This document shows positions 50,554 to 63,197 of a stretch of 64,000 bases of DNA, in pieces (position 1 is the first letter of the stretch; the number at the start of each line of letters is the position of its first letter). The translations under genes were made by a program, and so were the position numbers. Source of the stretch: Sarea resinae. Its lineage: Eukaryota. Under the pieces are notes generated by a model. The model was not told the DNA's origin. It saw only the letters and a program-made list of their open reading frames with translations, and made no database searches. The stretch lies in NCBI GenBank assembly GCA_026026165.1, contig JAPEUD010000007.1, forward strand, positions 124,001 through 188,000, in the 5' to 3' direction.

Positions 50554-51459
50554 TCACTTCCCCCCGTCAATGCGGCGCCATACCTCGCCCTCCACAGCAA
50601 CGGCCTTCTCGCCCGCGGCCCTAGCCCACTTCTTAGCCGTGCCCCACACGCCCTCGCCCTCGGCCCCGCCCCCGCCCGCCGCGCCGTCCTCACCACCCAT
50701 ACTCCCGCCCATCCCGCCGTATCCGCCATCGCCGCCGCCCGTGCCCGCCGTACTCGTCAGCGGCAGCCCGGCGCCGCGACCGGACTCGTACGGCGAAAAC
50801 CGCGGCGCCGGCGGGCCCTGCACGGACGCGTCTTGCACGTAGTTGGGCGGGTGTTCCATGTTGCCCGCCGCGCCGCCGGGCCCCGGCATGGCTACGGTCG
50901 AGTGAGATGGAGCGCTGTTTGGTTGCGGCGGCGGCATGAACATCTGTTGGGGATACTGTGGCGTCGTTGTCGTTGTCGTCGCTGTAGCGGTTTGCGTTGG
51001 CGGTAGTGGTGCCCCTCCTGCGGTCGTCGCCGTGGACGCGTCGGGTGGATACGCAGATGGCACGTCTCCCGCCTTTGGTGGCGGTGGCGGAGGAGGAGGA
51101 GCCGTAGTCGGGCCCTGAGCACCGCCCTTGCCATTGCCATTGCTATTGCCGCTGCCATTCCCACTCCCCGTCATAGGAACACCCCCAGGCACAGGTACGG
51201 CACCAGGCTGTGGCGCCGGCGGGCCATCCGAAGTAGCAGTCGTCGAAGGAGGCGGGGCCGTCTTTGTAGGATCTGGCCGGTAGGAAGACTGATACGGGAC
51301 GGAACCCGTAGGAGCGGGCCCTACGCCCTGCCCGGGTCTCGCGGCCGGATACCCCGTATCTGGGGTGGCGGTCGTCGTGGGTGCTGCGGGAGCGGCTGCC
51401 GGGGTAGACGCCGTATTCGGGTTTATCGGGCTGGACGTGTGGATCGGTATGCCGGACAT
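50554..51459 (-). CDS. Pro/Thr/Gly-rich hypothetical protein, 301 aa
   Basis: Single ORF MSGIPIHTSSPINP...HPPNYVQD...VWGTAKKWARAAGEKAVAVEGEVWRRIDGGK, with GC-rich coding-like codon usage and an amphipathic C-terminal helix. Confidence 0.7.
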   Translation of the reverse strand: MSGIPIHTSSPINPNTASTPAAAPAAPTTTATPDTGYPAARPGQGVGPAPTGSVPYQSSYRPDPTKTAPPPSTTATSDGPPAPQPGAVPVPGGVPMTGSGNGSGNSNGNGKGGAQGPTTAPPPPPPPPKAGDVPSAYPPDASTATTAGGAPLPPTQTATATTTTTTPQYPQQMFMPPPQPNSAPSHSTVAMPGPGGAAGNMEHPPNYVQDASVQGPPAPRFSPYESGRGAGLPLTSTAGTGGGDGGYGGMGGSMGGEDGAAGGGGAEGEGVWGTAKKWARAAGEKAVAVEGEVWRRIDGGK

Positions 51460-52113
51460 ATTGAGCCTCAAACGTTTCCGCCGCTGCTCTTGGTCGGTAT
51501 CTGGACGTAAAGGGCTTGACTGCAACAGTCAATGGTGGCTTAGCTGCCTGACTGATATCCTAAAATTGCTAGGTCTTTTTGAGAGTGCTTTTCGTAAACG
51601 TGCGTTCTCGTGGATGCTGTACTTTTTGTGATTGATTCGAGATCGCGAAAGACGTTCCTGCCTCAGAGATGACACGCGGAGATTGGAATCCAGCGCCTAG
51701 TTGCGCGTCTGGGCTATTGGATGACTGTTTATGTCTGTCTGGTCTACCTTACCTTTACCCATAAATCTACGTCACTGGCGGCGGCTAGCATCACGTGCTC
51801 ACAATGGTCAATCTTCACGACTCGATCACAAAACGTCTAGGATGCTTCATTGGTCTAATGATCCAGTGAACCCCACGAAACACTAATGACAAAGGAGCTT
51901 CACATTTGACAACGGAGAGAATGAGTAGATCAGACCGAGAAAGTACACATGAAAAGTTGCTAGGTAGTAAAGTACAGCAGTAACAGGGAAAATCCTCCTC
52001 GCTCACCGCACAGTGCTTCAGAACCAAAGCAACCATTTCGGGCCGCTCAGTTGGAGATTGTTTCCTCCGCACTCCCTCCCAACACCTGATTATCAGAAGA
52101 TTGCTTAAGCAGT

Positions 52114-53656
52114 TTAACCCTTGAATTTCTTGCCGAACAGGATCAATTGAACCTGGTCGTAGATGGAGAGCACACCGGCACCGGCGACACCACGGAGAAT
52201 GTTGGCACCAGCACCCTTGAAGAGAGAAGCGACACCCTCGGCGGCGATGATCTGGCGACCAGCGTCGAACGAAGACTTGTACTTGACGGCCTGAGGATCT
52301 GGTTAGCATAGTATTTACAAGTAGAAGCTTGTTCTGATACATACCTCACCAGAAGTCATCATCATACGACGACGGATGGTGTCCAAGGGGTACGAGGCGA
52401 TACCGGCACCAGTGGTGACAGTCCAGCCGAGCAAGAAAGAGGCAAGGAAGTTACCCTCAAGAGGACCAACGAGGACGACGGGCTTGATGGAGTCGTACAT
52501 GCCGAAGTACAGACCACGGTAGACGATTATACCGAGAACGGAGGGCATGAAACCACGGTAGAGACCGGCAAGACCATCGGAGGCAAGAGTCTTCTTGTAG
52601 ACATCGATGAGACCGTTGAATTGACGCTCGCCACCCTTCTTGGCGGACTTGGCATCGTTGGCAAGACGGGTACGGGCGTAGTCGAGGGAGTAGACGAAGA
52701 GAAGGGAAGTGGCACCAGCAGCACCGCCGGAGGCCAAGTTACCCATCATCCACTTGAAGTAACCATCTCTCTCCTTCTTGTAGGCGAACATGGACTTGTA
52801 GGTGTCACGGAACGCGAAGTTGAGAGCCTGGGTAGGGAAGTAACGGATGACGTTGGCAGTGTTGCCTCTCCATAGAGCGACCACACCCTCATCGGCCATG
52901 GTGCGCTTGAAGCAGTCCCCGATACCGGCATACTTTCGGTCCAAACGACCAGCCTTGATCATCTCATCCTATAATGATATGTCTATCAGAAAAGCTCTGA
53001 GAAAAATATGATCTAAAAAGTGAGGCTCAAAATGATCGGACTAATTTTCGGCTATCGCGTCTGCGTGATCAAATCAAGCAAATGCCGACATGCAGCGAAG
53101 GATTTATGGGGAAAAAAGTCGGCGGTCAAGAAGAGGGAAATATTGGGATATGTTGTCAAACAAGTAATTTCATCGACTTACCTGGTTTTGGATGAGAAGC
53201 TTGATACGCTCGATAGGAGCGGCGGCAGTCTTGGAAACAGCAGCCGAAACACCACCCACTAGAGATAAGCAGTCAGTAATCTGATTTCTTTCGGTAGACT
53301 TTCGGAATTTCGGTCCGACGCTTTCCAGAGCATATCGGATGGTGATGAACTGCTTTGTGGACGGAAGGAGTGATGAAACGTACTCAAAAAGTCGACGACG
53401 AATCCCTATGGTTGAGAGGAATGTCAGCCACTGTGCCAATCATATCACGAGCTTCCCATCTTGCAGGCCCCGACATCAATCCTCGCCGCTACTCTCGATT
53501 CTATGACGGATCGGGCAGCGATTGAGATCGATGTCGGAGCGCTGTGGATGAAAGTGGCTCATATCGCGAAGAGCGAAAAGTGACGGTAGGTCTCTTGCTT
53601 ACCGGCATGCCGAGGACCGTCTTGTCGGCCTGGTTAACTTCTCCTTCTTTCGCCAT
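52114..53656 (-). CDS. AAC: Mitochondrial ADP/ATP carrier, 317 aa
   Basis: Exons 53656-53603, 53405-53384 (22 nt), 53258-53182, 52968-52345, 52290-52114. Motifs: [41 protein letters not shown] signature. Strong codon bias. Confidence 0.98.
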
Positions 53657-55847
53657 CTTGACGACAGATCAAAGCACGGCTTTGAAGAGGGGGATGAAAC
53701 AAAAGGATTGAGAGGAGAGGAGTTGATGGATGGTGTCGAGAGGTGCGACAGGTGTGATGAGAGGGTAGAAAGAAAAGTTGGAGCAGACGGGTTGCGAGAG
53801 AAGAAAAGGAAGCAGCCTGCCTCCCTTAGCGCCAAAACCTCAAAACTTTTGATTCGCCGAGGAGGCTTCGTGTCAAGAGTTGGCTGTGGAAGAGGTACGT
53901 ACCGCTTCGGCCCCAAGGGCTAATTCAATCTGAGGGTACTACGAAGATACTAGGCAGGCAGGTACTCTGCACTACTCCATACGAGCAAGCACGTACTGGG
54001 TACTTGCGCCGTCATCCCAAGAAATGGGTCAGTGACAGAGCAGATGTTCGGTGAATGCGATCTACACTGCACCGGAGAAGGAAGATTGGCAAATGGAATG
54101 GACGGCAAGCGTGACCGAGAAGAGGTATGAGTACCTTGCTCTCGGTATGGCAGCGGATCAATACATATGTACGCCCATCCTTCAGGTCGAGCTCCAGCTT
54201 CGCCCCTACTCGTAGAGTAGGTAGCTGGAGAGCATCGTAGGGATAGGGGACCGTGCAAATGGGTCGTACACGAAGCCGCACTCATCTCGCGGCGACAAGA
54301 TGATTGACACCTTCATGCACTCTATCATTCATGCCCAGATTCATATTCATCTTCCTCTTCGTCTTCGACACACGCAATCCATCCTGAAATCATATACTTA
54401 CGCTTCATCTCATGTCTCTTCGTCCTGATGTCCCCATCCCTTGGTACCTAGCTTCCATCAATGTGCCAGACGAAGTACATCTACCTCGACACCACGTACA
54501 GTGCGGGCTAGAATGCCGAGTCAAATCCGCTCTGCCCCCCAGCCGACAAATTTTCGTCCAGCCTCCGGGGCTCCCACAATAATCCCAGGAAAGCCTACCG
54601 CATGGGGGAAATGGTGGGCTCCGCAATTATTTGCCTCTCCGCTCTAGAAGCTGCGAGTGATGTACATGTACTCGCTCGAGTACCGAGTTCAGTACAGGAA
54701 AGTACGAGTAGCGTAGCTGCTTTGAATGAGATTATTGATACCAACAAGGGGTGGAAAAGGTATTTCGTTCGTCCTCTTCTTCAGGGTCCCGCTGGTGGAT
54801 GCAGGGACGGTGGATCCTGCGACATAACGGGATCCTACTAGCCGGGTAGAATAATATTTTCTGCCCGGTCAGATCGATCATCGTCGCCTCTAGTATGGAG
54901 CATGATCGGTGTTCAAAGACTAGAAGACCAATCTCGCTGTATCTCGCGAATGAAGCATGCAATATTGCTTGGAAGAAGAGAAAACCTCTCTAGCCCCAGA
55001 GTGTCCCCGTTCAATTGCAGCCGTCCGCGTGCTGGTGTCTACTCCTACTGTAGGGGTACCTCGTAGGTATCGAAGATATAGGTACTTTACTCTACTCCGG
55101 ACTTCGTATCCATACCTGAGAGCTGGAGTGTCAATAGAGCTTGATGAGAGCTGGAGCTCTCAACAAGCTTCAGCTCCAGCCAGCTCCAGCTCCATCTTGT
55201 ACCTACCTAATTGATAAGGTAGCTTCATAGCCCTGCATCCATTAGCTCTCTCGGACAAGGATCCAAGACGAGGCATTTTGCAACATCATTAATCTTTGCT
55301 TCCTGAAAGCGATTCGCCTCACGACGTGCACTGCAGCTGGAGTGCAGTAGTACTGCCGAATTGGTATGGTAGTGGTGGTGGAGTAGCCCTGAGGAGTGCA
55401 TTATCCGTATGGCGACCAAAGGTAGGATTTCTTCTCAGCTTGCGGCCGTCCTCTCCTTTGCCTCCGAGACGGCGCTAAGGGCGGTCGAGACGGACTTATG
55501 GAAGAGGCTAAGAAGGTAGCCGAGGGTTGAGACGCCCACATTAGAAATTGGATCGGCCTTTTCGGGCGTTTTGGCTTCCGGGGAAATCACAAAGTACTAT
55601 TTGATGGTATGTGTTTAAGCCTACCATCATACTGGTCTGGCCGTAGGCCTGCGTACCTACTGCGCAGTAATGTAGTAGGCAACGCGGAGCGGAATTGGCT
55701 CATCGTCGCTACAGCAATTATCTTGCTCTCAACTCTTGAGAGAATGTTGTCATTTCGATGAGATACTTACTTTACTTCACGCCTACAGTTTATTGACATC
55801 TCTCTGGATGGGTCGTGACTGCTAGCACTGGGATTTGAAAGGTCTAT

Positions 55848-58010
55848 TTACGCCTCAGCCGCCGTTGTCTCCGCTTTGCCCTTTTCCTTTCCGGAGCGCT
55901 TTCTCCTCTTCTTGCGTGGTTCGCCGTTGGCCACATCAGCACCGCTCGAAGAATTCTTAGGAATCTCCATCCCAACCTCAGCCGCAATGACATCACGTAA
56001 TTCCTTCTGTGGTCCGTCCGGATTGCCAAAAGTCTCCTTCCTCCATTGCCTCAGCCGAGCCTTCTTGCCTAATTTCTTCTTATCCTTCCTTTTCTTCTCA
56101 GGGTCTCTGAACGCTGCTAGCTTCTTCAGACCTGCGTATTGATTTAATTGAGTGTCGGACGCGAGAAGAATGTCCCGTGCAGTAAGTCCGTACGAAGATG
56201 GCGACGTCTCGCGATAACGGAATTGGCCTTGACGCTTTGATGACGAAGATGCGAGAGTGTTGTCGAGGTCCATTTTCTCCTCGACTAGTTGCTCGATTTT
56301 GCGACGCTGGACCCGAGCTGCTCTCTTTTTCTCGTTGCGTTCTTGAAGTCGGTCCTTTTTGGTTTTTGGCTTCTTTGCACCTGGTTCTCCTCCATCCATG
56401 TCGATGTCGCTTTCGGAATCATTCGCTTCAGGTCCTCCCTGATCTTGTTCGTCATCCGACAATGTGAACGCGGGCTTCTTGTTTGATTCATCGTCTTCAA
56501 ATTCAGGAACAAGATCTGCAATGTCGATTTCATCGTCCCATTTCGGCTTCTTTGGCTTCTTGTGCTTTTCACTTCCCTCCTCCTGCTCACTCCCTTCCGC
56601 AAGACCTTCTGCTTCTGCGTAATAAGCATCACCGAATTTACGATTCATTTCCTCCTCCCACTTGTCATCATCCCATCCCTCTTCCAAAAACTGTAGCCAG
56701 TCCTCCTGGCGGATAGATTTGCCCGAGAGGCCTGCAGCTTCCTTGATTTTCTTTACTCTTTCTTCCATCTCCTCAACCTTGAGCTTCTTCAAGCGAGCCT
56801 TTTCTTGCTCCCTTTCGCGTTTCTCGGCTTCCTTCTTCTCGCGCTGCGCTTCTCTCGCCTTCTTGCGAGGATTTTGCTCTTCTCGTCTCACAGAGTATTT
56901 TACTGCAGCATCTCTCGCGTGGGACATGAGCTTCTCGTTTGCAGTCGCAGGGTCCTCAAACCGGAAATTGTACGCTTGCTCAAATTCCTCTGCTCGCTTG
57001 TCCTCATCCTCGTCGTCCGACTCGAAGGGTTTCAATTGGGTGCCAGATGTGTTTGTCCATGCTCGAGCGGCCATGAAGTTGGAGAGGAAATTCTCGGGGT
57101 CTTTCTCGGCAGCCTCAACATCAAGCTCGATTGCCTTCTTCATAGCTTTCTTAGATAACTCGTCCTCTTGAAGGGCAGGCTTGCCCTTGGGTATCAAGAA
57201 CCCCCCATCCTCCTCCTCATCATCATCATTGTCGTCGCCTTCATCAGCAGACCCTTTAGACTCGCTCTCAGCAGCCGCGTGCATCTCCTTGACGATCGTC
57301 CGTTTTAGGTCATCCTGCTCCTGTGCGTACGTCCGTGGTGTGCCATCTTCTACATCTTCGTCGCCCACACGACCTTCAAGCAAATTCTTACGATGGTAGT
57401 CACGCAAGAACATCGGCTTCTCCTTCTTCTCTCCGTTCGGCGTACCTGACGCAGCTTCTTCGTCGATCGGAGTGTAGAAAGTTATATCTTTGTTGTAGAC
57501 TCGGGGATCTTTGGATCGAATTGCTTGCAAGGTCGCAGAGATCTCAGCATCTAAAGCTTCCGTAGCGAGGAATCCTTCATCATCCTCAGTCTCCGAGTCG
57601 GAAGACGATCCACCAGACTCCGAAGTCTGCCCGCCATCATCTCCAGACGCCTTTCGTTTCTTAGGAACAGTGGCTTTTCCATATTTCTCTTCCACTAAAT
57701 TAGAAACAGGATTAGTATGAACATTCAGGGATAAGTGCTTATGTATGGGATACTTGCATCTTTGCATCTCTTCGCGCTTCTTGTTATGCTCAAATCGACG
57801 CGCATACTCCTCGTTGATCTTAAAAGCAGGCTCTTCATCGCCTGCCGCTTGCCCATTCAGAGCCACGCCCCCGTTCTCGGAGTCAGATTGATCTCCATCA
57901 GAAGAACCCTCATCAAGGAGCACCGGCTTGGCTGATCCAGATCCAGCGGCTACCTCTTGTTGGGACTGTTTCTTTTTGCGTCCGGGTCCCTTCGTCTTTG
58001 TGCGAGCCAT
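55848..58010 (-). CDS. KRI1: Kri1 40S ribosome biogenesis factor, about 699 aa
   Basis: Exons 58010-57758 and 57694-55848 (GC-AG intron). Motifs: FKINEEYARRFEHNKKREE, YNFRFEDP, FRYRETSPSSYGLTARDILLASDTQLNQYAGLKKLAAFR. Confidence 0.93.
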   Translation of the reverse strand: MARTKTKGPGRKKKQSQQEVAAGSGSAKPVLLDEGSSDGDQSDSENGGVALNGQAAGDEEPAFKINEEYARRFEHNKKREEMQRCKYPIHKHLSLNVHTNPVSNLVEEKYGKATVPKKRKASGDDGGQTSESGGSSSDSETEDDEGFLATEALDAEISATLQAIRSKDPRVYNKDITFYTPIDEEAASGTPNGEKKEKPMFLRDYHRKNLLEGRVGDEDVEDGTPRTYAQEQDDLKRTIVKEMHAAAESESKGSADEGDDNDDDEEEDGGFLIPKGKPALQEDELSKKAMKKAIELDVEAAEKDPENFLSNFMAARAWTNTSGTQLKPFESDDEDEDKRAEEFEQAYNFRFEDPATANEKLMSHARDAAVKYSVRREEQNPRKKAREAQREKKEAEKREREQEKARLKKLKVEEMEERVKKIKEAAGLSGKSIRQEDWLQFLEEGWDDDKWEEEMNRKFGDAYYAEAEGLAEGSEQEEGSEKHKKPKKPKWDDEIDIADLVPEFEDDESNKKPAFTLSDDEQDQGGPEANDSESDIDMDGGEPGAKKPKTKKDRLQERNEKKRAARVQRRKIEQLVEEKMDLDNTLASSSSKRQGQFRYRETSPSSYGLTARDILLASDTQLNQYAGLKKLAAFRDPEKKRKDKKKLGKKARLRQWRKETFGNPDGPQKELRDVIAAEVGMEIPKNSSSGADVANGEPRKKRRKRSGKEKGKAETTAAEA

Positions 58011-58528
58011 CGGAGAGTATTGAGAGACTTCAGTGGCCCTTGCCTATTCCGTGGTGCGTGTAGAGGTCTTCGCCGAAGAGCAACAAGGATGAATTCGAGT
58101 AGATAGACCCTGGAAGCCGAAAAATATTAAAGAACATGAAAATGAAACTCCCTGCACGGAAATCTCCGGGCGCTTTCGCGTGCGAGACGTCCAAGCTCGT
58201 CCCATGGCGTGTGGTAGGCGTACTCCGTAGTCCGAGCATGGGCTAGACTCGACGGACTGACGACAGACACCATACATGCAGACGGCCAGCGCGCGGCTGG
58301 ACACACCTGAGCATACCTTGGAGACACAACGGCATCTTTGACCTCAATCAACAGCTCAGTCAACCGCAGCTCAGCCTGTAGCAAAGACACTCGCTATCCC
58401 TGTTGATTGCTTGGCTGTATGGCGACAATCTGAGTTCTAGCAGGAATCTGGCAGGAATTTCTCCTCTCTACGATCACTCATGGTCCCTTGCATCTGCTGC
58501 AACATCGCCCACTGGCTAGGTCGCCAAG

Positions 58529-61500
58529 ATGGCTGATACTCAGCACCAACCTACTCTCTTGCCAGTCGGCAGGCCGCTGAGCCTCATGTAAGCTTTGAAT
58601 CAACCAAGCTCAAATTCGGAGACCGATATGGTTTAGCAGAAGCTGATCTAGACTACCACCATCCTAGACCCGTGGGACTCAAGGAAGCTGCTTTAGATTC
58701 GCCGTCCTTTAGAGCCACTGCAGTCCACTTCTTTGATCAAGTCGAGCTGATAGACAAGTGGCTGGATGGATTTGTCAAGGCCAGCGGCAAGCTTCTCAGT
58801 GAGGTTTCGCCGCTAGAAAACCATGTCAACAACTTTCTTTCCCATTGTGTACCTCCGGCTCATGTATCCGAGGCTCTACTGGACCATGATTATACCTTGT
58901 TAGCAATGAAGACGTATGGTGAGGGGTCAAGGGATTTCTGGTCGTTTGCGATAAATGGCATGAAAAAGATGGAGGGCATGGTGATTGATCCTATCAAGGG
59001 CTTCCTGCAGGGCGACCTAAAGAACTTCAAGGTAAAATCCCAACACACGTCCAATCTTAGAGACCCGGAATTCTAATCGGTTGGATAGGATGCTCGTCGC
59101 ACTATGGAACATGCGCAGAAATATTATGACAACCTTCTTTCTCGATACTCGGCACAAACTAAAACGAAGGAGCCATCTTCTCTACGGGAAGATGCGTTCC
59201 AGCTCCACGAAGCGAGGAAGTCATACTTGAAGGCATCATTGGACCTCTGTGTTCTGGCGCCGCAAATGCGAAACACCCTGGACAAGCTGCTTGTGAGGCT
59301 ATTTTCCGACCACTGGCGTGAGATGAAAAGTTCTCGTTCATCCATGACTGCGTCTACTGGTAAGATGAGCCAAGAGATCGATCGCGTCAGGGGCTGGTGC
59401 AGCGAGCTTGAAAATGGCGAGAAGGCCTTCATCCGCGAGCTCCTGGTCGCGAGGAAGCAGATCGAAGAGAACGCCGAGTACGCTGCGCGACCATCACGAG
59501 AGTTAGACGATTATTCCACTTCAACTGTACCGTATCTCGGTTCCAAGGGTCCTTCTGGTGGCAATCGACAACTCTCAGGAAGTACTGAAAGAGCAGAAAA
59601 GCAAGGTTGGCTGTATATTCGAACAATGACGGGTAAACCCACTCGAACCTTGTGGGTCCGCCGTTGGTTCTTCGTGAAGAATGGGATATTTGGCTGGCTA
59701 GTACAAGGATCACGCTCAGGCGGTGTAGAAGAGAGTGAGAGAGTTGGTGTTTTGTTGTGCAGCGTCAGGCCGGCCCCCCAGGACGAGCGTCGTTTCTGTT
59801 TCGAAGTTATCACGAAAGCGTCGGCAATACTCCTTCAGGCTGAAACCCAGCAAGGCCTCGTTGAATGGATCGACTCCTTCGAAGTCGCAAAGCGTAAGGC
59901 GCTGGAAGATCCTGCCAGTACAGATTCCCCATTGGCTAGCGGGCCCCGAGCACAAGAAGCAGCCTTTGCGATTAATCCGCCTAGCGCACCAGAATTCGCT
60001 GCAAAGCCTTTAGACTCACACACCAACCATGGAAGTGACGAAGCGTCAAATCTGAGACTGGATCAAGCCGCGGCTCTCACTCTCCCGGATCGTGATGCAG
60101 CACTTGCAAGTAGAAGCAGCTTCGATGTAGGTAGCTCGCGAAGATCGACCCCTGGGGATAGAGACCCCGAAGGAACTCGTGACCATGCTGCGAGAATTAT
60201 CCAAAAGCTGGATTTACACCGAAAATCCAACGCGTCACAATTGGCCTCAAATGCTTCTTCCGGACCATCTCCCATAGCACCGTCTGCTTCCGGTGGCATA
60301 GCAAGTCTGATATCTGCCAGCCACAACATTCTGCCAGTATATTCCACCCCAGCAATCACTCAAGTCGGACCCGGAGCTCAACAGTCCCCCGGCGCTGAAA
60401 TCATGACAGCCAAAGACATCCCTTCGAGCACGTTAGCTCCTTCTACGCTGGTTAACCCACCTGCGCCTACGAACCTTAGCAAGGCTGCAGTAGTTGTAAG
60501 TGGGGAGCGTGGGATAGGAGTTGGCCGGAGCGACAAGACTGGGGGCATGCCGAGCGGCATCATGGCGAACATATGGGGTAGCACGAACTGGGGCTACATC
60601 AACAGACTGGAGCGTGGAGAAGTAAAGCCGACCCGGGAGGTGCGAGCGTTGTCAATTCCACCTAGCCCCCTTGTGAAGCCTACAGATGGAACTCGGCATG
60701 CTTCTGCAGCAAGTTCTCGCGCCGTATCACCTTCAAACCCTCATCGAAGGACTTTCAGTTCCGACGCCGACCTTACACACTTGCAGCAAGCAAATTCAAC
60801 AGAAGAGGAATACCCTTCGTACTATCCACTACCTCTCAAGGCACAAGACTACCAATTCAGGATGCTCTTTCCGAACGTCCCAAGAGACGAGAAGGTTGTT
60901 CTCGTCTTCAGAGCAACATGGAATCCTAATGACCAGCAAGAGTTTCCGGGCAGAGTCTATGTGACACCCAAAGAAATCTATTTTTATAGTCACCACCTTG
61001 GATTGATTCTAATATCCGGAATCAATCTAGATTCGATCTCAGAGGTTACGGCGGCACCGGGACGAGATTGCGACTATTTGTACCTCCAGCTTAAAGAGAA
61101 GAGCCGGCAAGAAGCCTTCACCAGGGTCACCATCAAGACGTTCCTGGAGCCAATGAAGCTCCTTCAGAAGAGGTTGAACTACCTTGTTCGAAACTCCAAC
61201 TCCGATGAACCGCAAGGTTTGGAAAGTATTATCAAGGAGCTCATCAACCTGGAGAAGCCAAACTTGGGCAAGTCACCGAGCATGGAGAGCTGGGAGGATG
61301 TGTCCCTTCATACGCCGTTCGAAGACAACTCCGGCCTGAGCCGAAGCATATCAAGGCGAAGAGATCTGGATCTCAGAGCTGACGTACGGGTCGATCGAGG
61401 GCTGTATAGCGATGCAAACTCCTATGTAGAAGGAAGAGAACCTCTGAAGTTCAAGCTCCCTGCCCAACCAGTCATCTACCTACCACAAGACATGCAGCGA

Positions 61501-63197
61501 TTGGCAGTGGAGAAAATCTTCGAAATAAGTCCGAAGGCTTTGTTCCACGTTATGTTCGGAGACAAGAGCGCCGTGTTCCAGACGCAGTATCATGAGCGCC
61601 GAGCGCAACGTAAGTGAATACTCTTGACGGGACGTTACGGTCTTTTCATGTTGGTGCTAATACAGAGCAGGCATCAAGCAAGGTCCTTGGCTCACAATAG
61701 ATCATGGTCATATGAGGAGAGATCTCGACTACGACATTGACTTTACCGGTTTGCTCGGTACGTGTAACCGCAAAGCTCTATATTTGCAGTATTGCCTCAA
61801 GAGTTTCGGTGGATGTTTGCTGATATATTTCTTTAGGCAAATCTCAAACAATCAGCATAGTGGACTATCAATTCATAGATGTCATGAACGACCATCTCTG
61901 CTATGTCGTTACGGATAGGAAGACCCCTTGGCATCTACCGAAGCAACGAGACTTCATGCTCGCAACGAAGATAGTCATCACTCATGTCGCAAAATCGAGG
62001 TGCAAACTGGCAATCTATACGAAAGTTGATTGGAACCATCCACCAACGTTCTTCAAAGGTACTTCCACCTCGTCTGATTTCATCACCTATCGTTCTAACA
62101 ATCCTAGGTCTTGTTGAGAGTCAAGCGCTCGGTGACCTTCATCAAGATGCGCTTGATCTGGCAGACACTGTCACTGATCAGGTTCGATTGCTGGGCCCCA
62201 ACAGTCGAACGAAGAAAGCGATTCGTATTTTTGGCCACGTTGGGCAACAGACGCAAGGCTCTCAATTACCATCTGTTGACCTTCCGCCTCTCCCCGACAC
62301 GACGAGGCCCATCATAAGACAACGCAGCCTACTTAACCTGCTTCTGGAAGCCTCACTTTCATTGGCCGAGACTACAGCTTCATCTTTCATGATGACGATT
62401 TTTGCAATTTTGAAGGCAATTTGGAAAATATCGAGTGCACATGCCATCATACTGAGTCTTCTCATAATGAGCATTTTCAGCAATTCACTCCTTGCTTCCA
62501 AGGACACGCTTGAATGGTGGAACGAGCGCAAGGCGAGCAACTTCATGTCAAGGGTCGGAGTAGGGCCGAACATCATGATGAGCAAAGCTGTTTACCTGCG
62601 CGATCTGGACGAAGCATTTTCCAACCGTACTGAGATTGTGGATGACCCGGGCAATCGATGGTAAGCGCTTTCTTCGTACTAGACAGAATGACCTCCCTCC
62701 AAGGGCTTTAGGGGAACAGGAGCTGACGATGATTTTCCCTAATTATCAGCCTATCAACGTTCCAGACGGTTGCTAGCCTGCACGACATAGATGCGCCACA
62801 TCAGTCAGCGGGGGGATCATTTTCGGAACCGTCGACGAAATCGGTAGCACGCCGCCTCCGACGATCTCGACAGCACCTTGGCTCCTACCGGCACGACCTG
62901 TTGGTAGCCATGAGGGTTGTCAACAGTATTGAGCGCGAGATGATGAAAGCAGAGTGGGAGAATTGGCTGGTTGACGAAGTCAGTCGATGCAGGCAGGTCC
63001 AGGCTATGCTGGAGGAGAAGAATCGTACTGCAGCCACTGCTAGGCGATCTGCAGGTGAAAAGAAACAGCAGGTGCTGGCGGGAGACGAGCATGAGCGCTT
63101 AGAAGAAGTGAGGTCATGGTATGAATACTACTGCGAAAGCTGTCGAAGGGAACAAGAGAACCTGCTTAATGGGAGACGGCATCTGGTTCTCGAGTAG
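58529..63197 (+). CDS. SIP3: Sip3/Lam1-like BAR-PH-VASt(StART-like) membrane lipid-transfer protein, about 1417 aa
   Basis: Exons 58529-58587, 58668-59031, 59089-61609, 61671-61757, 61837-62058, 62108-62660, 62750-63197. Motifs: LKEAALDSPSFRA (BAR), EKQGWL..WVRRWFFV..ERRFCFE (PH), ISPKALFHVMFGDKS (VASt-like), TM segment, EWENWL. Confidence 0.9.

Noticed and set aside
37498..63197. Sterol-themed cluster (ERG24 with SIP3/LAM1)
   Set aside because: The genes are about 19 kb apart and separated by unrelated housekeeping genes.
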